This document shows, piece after piece, positions 55,750-64,000 of a stretch of 64,000 nt of DNA. Position 1 is the first letter of the stretch. Every line of letters starts with the position of its first letter. Under the pieces are notes generated by a model. The model did not search any database, had not been told where the DNA came from, and saw only the letters and a program-made list of their open reading frames with translations. A program made the position numbers and the translations under genes. Source of the stretch: an uncultured Verrucomicrobiae bacterium (lineage in GTDB: Bacteria; Verrucomicrobiota; Verrucomicrobiia; Chthoniobacterales; JAATET01); assembly GCA_963749035.1 (NCBI GenBank), contig CAVVKW010000004.1:1335550-1399549 (forward strand). The letters run 5' to 3'.

Positions 55750-56031
55750 ATGGCCGCTCTCCTCCCCGAAACCGAAATTTCCCAACGACTCGACTCGCTT
55801 TCCGGCTGGACCCGCGACGGCGACGCCATCACCGCGACCTTCGAATTCAAGGGCTTCGCCGGCGCGATGGAATTTGTCAACGAAGTCGCCGACCTCGCCG
55901 AGGACGCCAACCACCACCCCGACGTCGACATCCGCTGGAACAAAGTCACCCTGACCCTCAGCACCCACAGTTCTGGAGGCCTCACCGAAAACGACACCGA
56001 CCTCGCCGCCAAGATCAACGAACTCCGGTAA
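55750..56031 (+). CDS. phhB: 4a-hydroxytetrahydrobiopterin (pterin-4a-carbinolamine) dehydratase
   Basis: 93 aa. [24 protein letters not shown] family signature. Confidence 0.9.
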   Translation: MAALLPETEISQRLDSLSGWTRDGDAITATFEFKGFAGAMEFVNEVADLAEDANHHPDVDIRWNKVTLTLSTHSSGGLTENDTDLAAKINELR

Positions 56032-56058
56032 GCTCGCGCAAGTCGGCCCAGCTGATAT

Positions 56059-56138
56059 CTCTGCCTCTCCCTGCCTCTCTGCGCCTCTGCGCGAGACCCC
56101 GTCGTCTCATCCTGCTTCGCGTTTTCGCGTCTGCGCGT
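56059..56138. repeat. Pyrimidine-rich octamer repeats (CTCTGCSY and YTTCGCGT types) in the phhB/RND convergent spacer
   Basis: CTCTGCCT CTCCCTGCCT CTCTGCGC CTCTGCGC (56059-56092) and CTTCGCGT TTTCGCGT CTGCGCGT (56115-56138). The second block resembles 35954-35977, including the flanking GGATGAG on the minus strand. Confidence 0.8.
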
Positions 56139-56161
56139 GAACCTTTCTCCCTCCGCATGAG

Positions 56162-59100
56162 CTAAGACGCCTTCGGGACCGGCTCGCCCGGCGGCGGCAA
56201 TTCCGGCCCTTGCCCGCGCTTCTTCCGCTTCTCGGCCAACTTCTCGACGACGTAAAACGCCACCGGCACCAGGAAAATCCCGATCAACGTCGACGCCAGC
56301 ATCCCGCCGATCACCGCCGTTCCCAAAATCCGCCGCGACACCGCGCCCGATCCCACCGCGATCCACAGCGGCACGCAGCCCAGAATGAACGCGAACGCCG
56401 TCATCAAGATCGGCCGCAATCTCAGCCTCGCACCCGCCAACGCCGCGTCGTAAACCGACTTCCCTTTCTCCAGTTCGGCCTTCGCAAATTCCACGATCAG
56501 AATCGCGTTCTTCGCGCTCAACCCAATCAGCATCACGAGGCCGATCTGCGTGTAAACGTCGTTCTCGTAAAACCCATTCTGGAACCGCCGCAGCAACAAC
56601 GCCGCAAACGCGCCAAAAACCGCCACCGGCGTCGCCATCAAAACCGAGAACGGCAGACTCCAGCTCTCGTATTGCGCCGCCATGATCAAAAATACGAACA
56701 GCAACGACAACGCGAAGATCACCCCCGGCGACACGCCTTCCGCCGCCTGCTTCTCCTGAAACGACATCCCCGAATAGTCGTAACCCATTTCTTTCGGCAT
56801 CGTCTCCGCAAAGACCTCCTCGAGCGCCGTCATCGCCTGCCCGCTGCTGTAACCCTCCGTCGCCGTCGCGTTGATCTGCGCCGACCGATACATGTTGTAG
56901 CGCATCGTGAACTCCGGCCCCGTCCTCTGCTCGACACTCACCAGCGCGCTCAACGGCACCGGCTCCCCGTCCGAATTCCGCACGTAAAACAATCCGAGAT
57001 TTTCGATCGAATTCCTAAAATCCCCGTCCGCCGCCAGATACACCTGCCACTGCAATCCGAAGCGGTTGAAGTAATTGATGAACACACCCCCCAGAAACGC
57101 CTGCAGCGTCTGGTAAACGTCCTCGATCTGCACCCCCTGCTTCAGCACCTTCTGCACGTCGACGTCGACCCCGAGCTGCGGCACGGACGGCAGCAACGTC
57201 GTCGTCACCCGCTGCAGCTCGGGCCGTTTCTCCGCGGCTTCGATAAACGTTTGCGTCTGCTCAGCCAGAAACTCGACCGACCCTCCCGACCGATCCTCGA
57301 GGATGAAAGTCGCCCCGCCCGACGTTCCAATTCCGGGAATCGCCGGCGGCGGAAACGCAAACGCCATCGCGCTCGGAATCTGCGAAAACTCCCGGTTCAA
57401 ATGCTTCAGAATCGCCGGGACCTGGGTCTCGGGAGTGTGCCGCTCGCTCCATTCCTCCAGCGTAATGAAGAAAAACGCGCTGTAGGTCATCGTGACCTGA
57501 CTCATCAGATCGTATCCCAAAACCGTCGTCACCGAGTCGACGCCATCGGTCGCTTCGATGATCTTTTCCAGCTCCGTCGCCACCTCGCCGGTCCGTTGCA
57601 ACGACGACGCGTTCGGCAGCTGCGCCAACCCAAAGACGTATCCCTGATCGTCGTTCGGAATGAAGCCCGGCGGCAGCTTCCAGCCCATGAACACCGTCCC
57701 GGCGACCAGCAAAAGCAGTCCCAACAACGTCAACACGCACTTGCGGATCAAGAGTCCCGACGTCTTCACGTAACCATCCGTCGCCCGTCCAAACATCCGG
57801 TTAAACCAACCAAAGAACCTCGCCAGCAACCCGTTCGATTCTTTCTTCGGCTTCAGCAACATCGCTGCCAAGGCCGGGCTCAAGGTCAGCGCGTTAAACG
57901 CCGAGATCGCCACCGAGATCGCGATCGTCACCGCAAACTGCTGATACATCTCACCCGTGATCCCCGGGATGAAGATCGTCGGCACAAACACCGCGATCAT
58001 CACCAGCGCAATGGCCACCACCGGCCCCTGCACCTCTTCCATTGCCTTGAACGAAGCCTCGCGAGGCGTGAGCCCCTTCTCAATGTGCTGCTCCACGGCC
58101 TCGACCACGACAATGGCGTCATCCACCACCAACCCGATCGCCAGCACCAAGCCGAACATCGACAGCGTGTTCACCGAGAACCCAAACAACGGAAAAAACG
58201 CGAACGTTCCGATCAACGACACCGGCACCGCGATCAGCGGAATCAACGTCGCCCGCCACCCCTGCAAAAAGATGAACACCACGATGATCACCAAAACGAT
58301 CGCCTCGAAGAGCGTCTTGACGATGTCGCGCATGCTCTCCGTCACCGCCAACGTGGTGTCGAGCGCGACGTCGTATTCCAAATCTTCCGGGAATCTCTCC
58401 GCCGCCGTCGCCATGATCTTCCGCGCCGCCGCCGCCGCGTCCAAGGCGTTTGACCCCGCCTGCTGATACAACGCGATCACCGCCGAAGGCTGACCGTTAA
58501 ACCGCCCCTGAATCGCGTAATTCTGGGCGCCAAGCTCGATCCGCGCGACGTCACCCAATGTCACGTTGGACCCATCGGGATTCTCGCGGATCACGATCCC
58601 GCCGAACTCCTCCTCCGTCACCAACCGCCCCTGCGCGATCACCGAATACGTGAATTCCTGCCCCTGCGGCACCGGCGACCCGCCGATCTGGCCGGCCGGA
58701 TTCACGGTATTCTGCGCGTTCACCGCGCTCAGGATTTCCTTCACCGTGATGTTTAACTTCGCCAACGCGTCGGGCCGCACCCAGAAACGCATCGCGTATT
58801 GCCCGGCACCGAAAACGTTCACGTTACCGACGCCGTTCACCCGCGCCAGGTCGTTCGTCAGATTGATGTAGGAGTAGTTCGCCAGAAACGTCGCGTCGAA
58901 CGTCCCCTTCGGCGAATAGAGCGCGAAGACCAACAACGGAGCCGACGTTGCCTGATTCACCGTCACGCCGAAATTCCTCACGTCCGTCGGCAACTGCGAA
59001 CTCGCCTGCCCCTGCCGCATCTGGGTCAAAATCTGATCCGTCGTGCTGTCCGTCTCCACGCCGAAGAACACGTTCAGGGTCATCTGACCGTTGTTCGCGT

Positions 59101-59344
59101 TCACGGAATACATGTATTCCATGTCTTGAACGCCATTGACCTGCTGCTCGATCGGCGTCGCGACCGACTGCTCGACCGTCAACGCATCCGCACCGACGTA
59201 AGTCGTCGCCACCTGAATCTGCGGCGGCACGATGTTCGGGAATTGCGCAATCGGCAGCCCGACCAGACTCACCAACCCGATGATCACGAGGATGATCGAG
59301 ATGACGATCGCGACGATCGGCCGATTGATGAAAAATTTCGACAT
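56162..59344 (-). CDS. RND efflux transporter permease (AcrB/HAE1 family)
   Basis: 1060 aa, 12-TM architecture with two large periplasmic loops. N-terminus [17 protein letters not shown] is typical. Confidence 0.95.
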   Translation of the reverse strand: MSKFFINRPIVAIVISIILVIIGLVSLVGLPIAQFPNIVPPQIQVATTYVGADALTVEQSVATPIEQQVNGVQDMEYMYSVNANNGQMTLNVFFGVETDSTTDQILTQMRQGQASSQLPTDVRNFGVTVNQATSAPLLVFALYSPKGTFDATFLANYSYINLTNDLARVNGVGNVNVFGAGQYAMRFWVRPDALAKLNITVKEILSAVNAQNTVNPAGQIGGSPVPQGQEFTYSVIAQGRLVTEEEFGGIVIRENPDGSNVTLGDVARIELGAQNYAIQGRFNGQPSAVIALYQQAGSNALDAAAAARKIMATAAERFPEDLEYDVALDTTLAVTESMRDIVKTLFEAIVLVIIVVFIFLQGWRATLIPLIAVPVSLIGTFAFFPLFGFSVNTLSMFGLVLAIGLVVDDAIVVVEAVEQHIEKGLTPREASFKAMEEVQGPVVAIALVMIAVFVPTIFIPGITGEMYQQFAVTIAISVAISAFNALTLSPALAAMLLKPKKESNGLLARFFGWFNRMFGRATDGYVKTSGLLIRKCVLTLLGLLLLVAGTVFMGWKLPPGFIPNDDQGYVFGLAQLPNASSLQRTGEVATELEKIIEATDGVDSVTTVLGYDLMSQVTMTYSAFFFITLEEWSERHTPETQVPAILKHLNREFSQIPSAMAFAFPPPAIPGIGTSGGATFILEDRSGGSVEFLAEQTQTFIEAAEKRPELQRVTTTLLPSVPQLGVDVDVQKVLKQGVQIEDVYQTLQAFLGGVFINYFNRFGLQWQVYLAADGDFRNSIENLGLFYVRNSDGEPVPLSALVSVEQRTGPEFTMRYNMYRSAQINATATEGYSSGQAMTALEEVFAETMPKEMGYDYSGMSFQEKQAAEGVSPGVIFALSLLFVFLIMAAQYESWSLPFSVLMATPVAVFGAFAALLLRRFQNGFYENDVYTQIGLVMLIGLSAKNAILIVEFAKAELEKGKSVYDAALAGARLRLRPILMTAFAFILGCVPLWIAVGSGAVSRRILGTAVIGGMLASTLIGIFLVPVAFYVVEKLAEKRKKRGQGPELPPPGEPVPKAS

Positions 59345-60717
59345 CAGTTCGCCGTCGCGGGTGTCGTCTCGGACTCAGGCGTCGAAGCCGCCTCCGGCAA
59401 CGGAGAACCATCCGGCGTCGCCGCCGCACCATCCGGCGTCGCTGTCGCGACCGGCCCCGGCGTATCCGCGGCCACGCCTCCTCCCGGCTCGGGCGTCGTG
59501 TCCGGCGTCAGCGTCGTGTCGCCGGTCGGCTTCCCGTCCGCGGGCTGGATCGAATCCTTTTCCGCCTCATCCATCTCATAGGGCGCCGTGCGCACCACCG
59601 CGCCATCCTTCAATTTCTGCAGCCCCTCGACCACGATCACGTCGCCAGCCTTCAAGCCCTCCTCGACCACCTGCAGACTTCCGATCGTCCGACCCACCGT
59701 GACCGGCGTCATCGTCACCTTGTTTCCATCGCCGAGCAACCCCACCCGGCTGATCCCCTGCAAATCCCCGATCGCCCTCTGCGGGACCGCGACTCCGTCT
59801 GGCAAGACCTGCGTCACCGCCGTCACCAGCCCAAATTGACCCGGCCGCAGCAAATTGCCCGGGTTCGGAAAGATCCCCTGCAACGAGAGCGAACCCGTCC
59901 CGACGTTCACCGTGCTGTTCACCGCCGTCAGTTCGCCCAACTTCGGATAAACGAGACCGTTCACCAGCGTCAACGTCAGCTCCGTCATCCCCTTCTGGCC
60001 GTCGGGCTTCCCGATCGGAGACTTCGACGGATCGTCGAAGAATTGCTTGATGAAACTAATGTATTCCTGCTCCGCCGCCGAGAAATTCACCTTGATCGGA
60101 TCCACCGTCGTCACCGTCGCCAAGACCCCCGTCGACGGGCCGACCAGATCACCGACCTGAGCCGTCGCGATGCTCGAAACGCCGTCGATCGGAGACTCGA
60201 CCTCCGTGAAGTTCAGGTTGAGCTGCGCGGACTCGACCGCCGCCGTCGCCGACTCTTCCGCCGCCTTGCTCGCCTCGTATTGCTGAAGCGTATCGTCGTA
60301 TTGCTGCCGACTGATCACCTGCTTCTTGTAGAGTTCGGCCGACCGGTCCGCGTTCAGTTTGTCCTTCGTCAACTGCGCCTGCGCCTGCGCCTGACTGCCC
60401 TTGGCTTGATCCAACGACGCTTGAAAGGGCCGCGGATCGATTTTGAAAAGCACGTCTCCCTTTTTGACGAGCGACCCGTTCTGATAAACTTGCTCCAGGA
60501 GATAACCGCTGACCTGCGCACTGATCGCCGCGTTCACGTCCCCGTCCAGCGTCCCGACCCAGGTGTGCGTCAACGGGATCCGCTGTCCCTCCACCGTCAT
60601 CACCTGCACGAGCGGTGGTGGCGGCGCGGCACCTTCCTTTTTCTCGTCACAACCCACGACCGCAATCACCGCGGGAAGCAGCCATACTCGATGCCAAATC
60701 CGTAGAAACTGCCTCAT
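59344..60717 (-). CDS. RND efflux periplasmic adaptor (MFP) lipoprotein with P/T/D-rich C-terminal tail
   Basis: 457 aa from ATG 60717. Lipobox AVVGC, coiled-coil hairpin region, beta-barrel domain. The last ~75 aa are low complexity ([27 protein letters not shown]...). 1-nt overlap with the pump gene. Confidence 0.9.
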   Translation of the reverse strand: MRQFLRIWHRVWLLPAVIAVVGCDEKKEGAAPPPPLVQVMTVEGQRIPLTHTWVGTLDGDVNAAISAQVSGYLLEQVYQNGSLVKKGDVLFKIDPRPFQASLDQAKGSQAQAQAQLTKDKLNADRSAELYKKQVISRQQYDDTLQQYEASKAAEESATAAVESAQLNLNFTEVESPIDGVSSIATAQVGDLVGPSTGVLATVTTVDPIKVNFSAAEQEYISFIKQFFDDPSKSPIGKPDGQKGMTELTLTLVNGLVYPKLGELTAVNSTVNVGTGSLSLQGIFPNPGNLLRPGQFGLVTAVTQVLPDGVAVPQRAIGDLQGISRVGLLGDGNKVTMTPVTVGRTIGSLQVVEEGLKAGDVIVVEGLQKLKDGAVVRTAPYEMDEAEKDSIQPADGKPTGDTTLTPDTTPEPGGGVAADTPGPVATATPDGAAATPDGSPLPEAASTPESETTPATAN

Positions 60718-61169
60718 CACGCGATAGGTTCTAGCCACCCGCCGCGTTCCGACAACCGAAAAAGCGGGAAGAGATCCACGGATGGAATCGAAGCACCGCA
60801 AATTCTCGCCGCGAGCAAATCAGATAATGATTCCCCGCCTCCTTCCCCTTCGCCTTCGACTCAGTCCCAACGGCCACCACTCGAAAGCAATCCATCCGAG
60901 ATCCACGACCAGATTCGACTTCGAAGCCACCACCAGTCCCGAGAAAAAAACCTGACCAACGGCGTTTTCATTTTCGGCTCGGCCAAACTCACCGACCAGA
61001 CCCTCTCGGCACGGAAATCGCTGTATTCGGACGTCATAACGAACGTCCACTAGACATCCGACCAAGTCATCAAATACCGAATTCCCCCCCCGGCACCGGC
61101 CGCCATCACGCTCCGGTCGCATTCCAGATTGGATCTTCGATCCATTCCCGTCGCATTCTTGCCTGAACC

Positions 61170-64000
61170 GTGAAATCCCGCCCCTGGTTGATCGCCGCAA
61201 CGATCCTGTTACTCCTCGCCGCCGCCTCGATCGCGCCGTCACTCATGTCACCGCGGACCACCACCGCCGCGCCCCGTCAATCTGATCCGTCAACCTCCTC
61301 CCGGCCCAGCCCCGCAGCGACGACCTCACCAACTCCATCTGCCACGGCATCTCACCCGACTCCGTCCGCTTCACCCTCTCCCCCGCTACAATTTCCCCTC
61401 ACGCTCGAAGACGCCGGCACCACCCGCCCCTTCGAACCCGCCCTCGACGAGATCGTCCGCCGCCACCCCGACGGCACCGAGCAAACGATCCCCCTCCCGA
61501 CCCAACCCGATTTCGCCAGCCTCCGCGCCACCGCTGCCGCCCTCCCCGCCGCCAGCTCAGGCACCCTCCTTCCGGTCTTCTACGAGCCAGACGCCCACCG
61601 GAACTCCACCACCCGCCGCCTCGCCACCCCCGAGATCCGCGTCGAACTCACCCCCGGCTCCGCCCTCCCCACGTCCATTCCCGACAACGTCGAAGTCACC
61701 CGGCCCGACTACGCCCCCGACTTTGCCGTCCTTCGGTTCCCCGACGCCTTCACCGCTCTCGACCGCCTCGCTCTCGTCCGCTCCCTCCCCGGAGTCCGCC
61801 GCGCCGACGTTCTCCTCGCCCGCCAACAAACCCGCCGCGCCCTTCCTAACGACCCCCTCGTCACCAGCCAGTGGCACCTGAAAAATACCGGCCAAAGTAG
61901 CGGCACCGTCGGCTCCGACATCAACGTCGAATCCGTTTGGAACTACCCCGCCAGCGGCATCCGCGGCGCCGGTCTCATCGTTGGCGTCGTCGACGATGGA
62001 CTGGAAACCTCCCACCCCGACCTCGCCACCAACGTTCGCACCGATATCGACCACGATTGGAATGACTCCACCCCCAACGATCCCTCACCCGGACCTGACG
62101 ACGACCACGGCACCGCCTGCGCCGGCAACGTCGCCGCCATCGGCAACAACAATCTCGGCGTCGTCGGCAGTGCTCCCGAGGCCAAGATCGTCGGCCTTCG
62201 ACTCATCGCCGCCTCCACCACCGACTCTCAGGAAGCCGAAGCCATGGCTTGGCGCAACGACCTCATCCACGTCAAATCGAACAGCTGGGGTCCCTCAGAC
62301 GACGGCCGCACGCTCGAAGCCCCCGGCAGCCTCACCAAAGCCGCCTTCGCCAACGCCGTCACCACCGGTCGCTCGAATCGCGGCACCATCATTCTCTGGG
62401 CCGGTGGCAACGGACGCAGCTCATCCGACAACTCCAACAACGACGGTTACGCCAACTCCATCCACACCATCGCGGTCGGCGCCAGCACGAACCGAGACGC
62501 TCAAGCCCCCTACGGCGAACCCGGCGCCAATCTCGTCGTCGTCGCCCCGTCCAGCGGAGGCACCCTCGACATCACCACCGTCGATCGCTCCGGCTCCGCC
62601 GGCTACAACTCCGCCTCCGGCTCCGCCGGAAATTACGCGACCGACTTCGGCGGCACCTCGTCCTCCACCCCCACCGTCGCGGGCGTCGTCGCCCTCATGC
62701 TTCAACGCAATCCCACCCTCGGCTGGCGCGACGTTCAGGAGATCCTCATCAAGTCCGCCGCCAAGATCAGCCCCGCCGACTCCGATTGGACCACCAACTC
62801 CGGCGGCTACCGCTTCAACCACAAGTTCGGCGCCGGACTCGTCGACGCCGCCGCGGCCGTCACCGCCGCCGCCACGTGGACCAACCTCGGCACCCCCACC
62901 ACCGCCCTCTCGACTCAATCGAACTCCACCACCATCCCCGACAACAACGCCACCGGCATCACCCGCACCTTCGACCTCGGGTCCAGCAACCTCCGGGTCG
63001 AACACGTCACCCTCCGCCTCGACGTCAATCACACCTCCCGCGGTAATCTCACCGTTACCCTCACGTCCCCCAGCGGCACCCAAAGCCGCCTCACCGAACT
63101 CCACTCCGACTCCGGCAACAACTATTCCGACTGGACCTTCATGACCGTCCGGAACTGGAGCGAAAATTCCAGCGGCACCTGGACACTCAAGATCGCCGAC
63201 CGCAGCACCGCCGGCAATTCCACCGGCGGCACCCTCACCGCCGCCGAACTCACCGTTTTCGGCGTCACCGCCGAACCGGTCAACCCCGCCCCCGTCGTCC
63301 AACTCACGACTCCCGACGACCAGTCGATCTTCAGCCCCGGCGCTCCCATCGACCTTGCCGCCACCGCGACCGACCTCACCATCGACGGTCAACCCGGCGT
63401 CGTCACCGGCGTCGAATTCCTCGTCAACGGCATCCCGGTCGGGTCCGACACCACCAGCCCCTACTCCATCACCTACACCCCGCCCACCACCGGCACCTAC
63501 ACCGCCCAAGCCCGCGCCACCGACAGCGAAGGAGCCGTCGGCAATTCCGGCACGCGCACCTTCACCGTCGCCAACCAGCCCCCCGTCATCGCCTCGGCCT
63601 CCCTCTCATCCACCGATCAGGGATTCAGCGACGAGCCCCTCAGCGTCACCGACCTCACCGCCTCCGACCCCGAAAGCTCCCCCGTCGCCATCGCCTACCA
63701 ATGGCAATCCTCCACCGACGGAATCAACTTCACCGACGCCATCAGCCGCAACACCGCAACGATCACGGCAACCCCCGGCCACGTCTGGCGCTGCGTCCTC
63801 ACGCCTTCCGACGGCGAAATCGTGGGCGAGCCGTTCACCACCGCCGCCACGATGATCCTCACCCGCCCACCATCCACCGTCGTCGCGGGCTCCGACTACG
63901 CCCACACCAGCGATCTCGTTCTCCGGAGCACCTCCGCCTCGTTCGCTTGCTCCGCCATCATTAACGAGTTCAGCCAGGGACCCAGCGGCGGCACCGCGGA
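61170..64000 (+). CDS. Secreted subtilisin/kexin-like S8 serine protease with proprotein-convertase P domain and Ig-like repeats (3-prime partial)
   Basis: Not in the ORF track because no stop occurs before the window end; translated by hand in the frame of GTG 61170, which follows an in-frame TGA. Signal-anchor (V)KSRPWLIAATILLLLAAASIA. Catalytic D (GVVDDG), H (DDHGTACAGN), S (GGTSSSTPTVAG). P-domain block NLTVTLTSPSGT ... SGTWTLKIAD, then Ig-like VEFLVNGIPVGSDTTSPYSITYTP. Confidence 0.85.
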   Translation, partial: MKSRPWLIAATILLLLAAASIAPSLMSPRTTTAAPRQSDPSTSSRPSPAATTSPTPSATASHPTPSASPSPPLQFPLTLEDAGTTRPFEPALDEIVRRHPDGTEQTIPLPTQPDFASLRATAAALPAASSGTLLPVFYEPDAHRNSTTRRLATPEIRVELTPGSALPTSIPDNVEVTRPDYAPDFAVLRFPDAFTALDRLALVRSLPGVRRADVLLARQQTRRALPNDPLVTSQWHLKNTGQSSGTVGSDINVESVWNYPASGIRGAGLIVGVVDDGLETSHPDLATNVRTDIDHDWNDSTPNDPSPGPDDDHGTACAGNVAAIGNNNLGVVGSAPEAKIVGLRLIAASTTDSQEAEAMAWRNDLIHVKSNSWGPSDDGRTLEAPGSLTKAAFANAVTTGRSNRGTIILWAGGNGRSSSDNSNNDGYANSIHTIAVGASTNRDAQAPYGEPGANLVVVAPSSGGTLDITTVDRSGSAGYNSASGSAGNYATDFGGTSSSTPTVAGVVALMLQRNPTLGWRDVQEILIKSAAKISPADSDWTTNSGGYRFNHKFGAGLVDAAAAVTAAATWTNLGTPTTALSTQSNSTTIPDNNATGITRTFDLGSSNLRVEHVTLRLDVNHTSRGNLTVTLTSPSGTQSRLTELHSDSGNNYSDWTFMTVRNWSENSSGTWTLKIADRSTAGNSTGGTLTAAELTVFGVTAEPVNPAPVVQLTTPDDQSIFSPGAPIDLAATATDLTIDGQPGVVTGVEFLVNGIPVGSDTTSPYSITYTPPTTGTYTAQARATDSEGAVGNSGTRTFTVANQPPVIASASLSSTDQGFSDEPLSVTDLTASDPESSPVAIAYQWQSSTDGINFTDAISRNTATITATPGHVWRCVLTPSDGEIVGEPFTTAATMILTRPPSTVVAGSDYAHTSDLVLRSTSASFACSAIINEFSQGPSGGTA

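Noticed and set aside
60820-61242. 140-aa minus-strand ORF in the large intergenic gap
   Set aside because: It has an Arg/Gly-rich low-complexity start and overlaps the S8 protease start on the opposite strand. It shows no motifs or plausible signal, so it is likely spurious.
61981-63144. 387-aa P/T/S-rich ORF and the overlapping 62249-63046 ORF
   Set aside because: Both are alternate frames of the S8 protease gene, which carries an intact catalytic triad in the third frame. They are low-complexity artefacts.

Overview
GC-rich, densely packed bacterial chromosomal segment. A PEP-CTERM tail, a look-alike of a Planctomycetes/Verrucomicrobia-restricted family and the overall gene content suggest a Verrucomicrobiota (Opitutales-like) genome, but this is inference only. 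I support about 60 protein-coding genes, mostly housekeeping: valS, metG, argH, tatC, lipA, mdh, trpA, cysK, rlmN, nadD-rsfS, recO, recD2, cinA, nagZ, nuoD and ndh. The rest are many exported or envelope proteins, one two-component system, one ECF sigma operon, one RND efflux pair and one IS3-family element with an inactivated transposase. I saw no rRNA, tRNA or CRISPR array. Most long ORFs antisense to these genes look like GC-driven artefacts. The points most worth a second look are:
- Families of 7-, 8- and 9-bp tandem repeats sit exactly at gene boundaries. They occur after stop codons, filling very short intergenic spacers, once in frame inside metG, and once as a 27-bp-stem hairpin over the metG stop.
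- A perfect TGTGA-N6-TCACA palindrome lies between an orphan nuoD and a type II NADH dehydrogenase gene.
- A tightly overlapped ECF sigma / anti-sigma / secreted protein / methyltransferase operon.
- A pair of GT-C-like polytopic membrane proteins of unknown function.
- A large kexin-like S8 protease ORF is missing from the ORF track because it runs off the window end.
I found no obvious self-contained novel system such as a defence island. All domain calls rest on motif recognition by eye and need HMM or BLAST confirmation.
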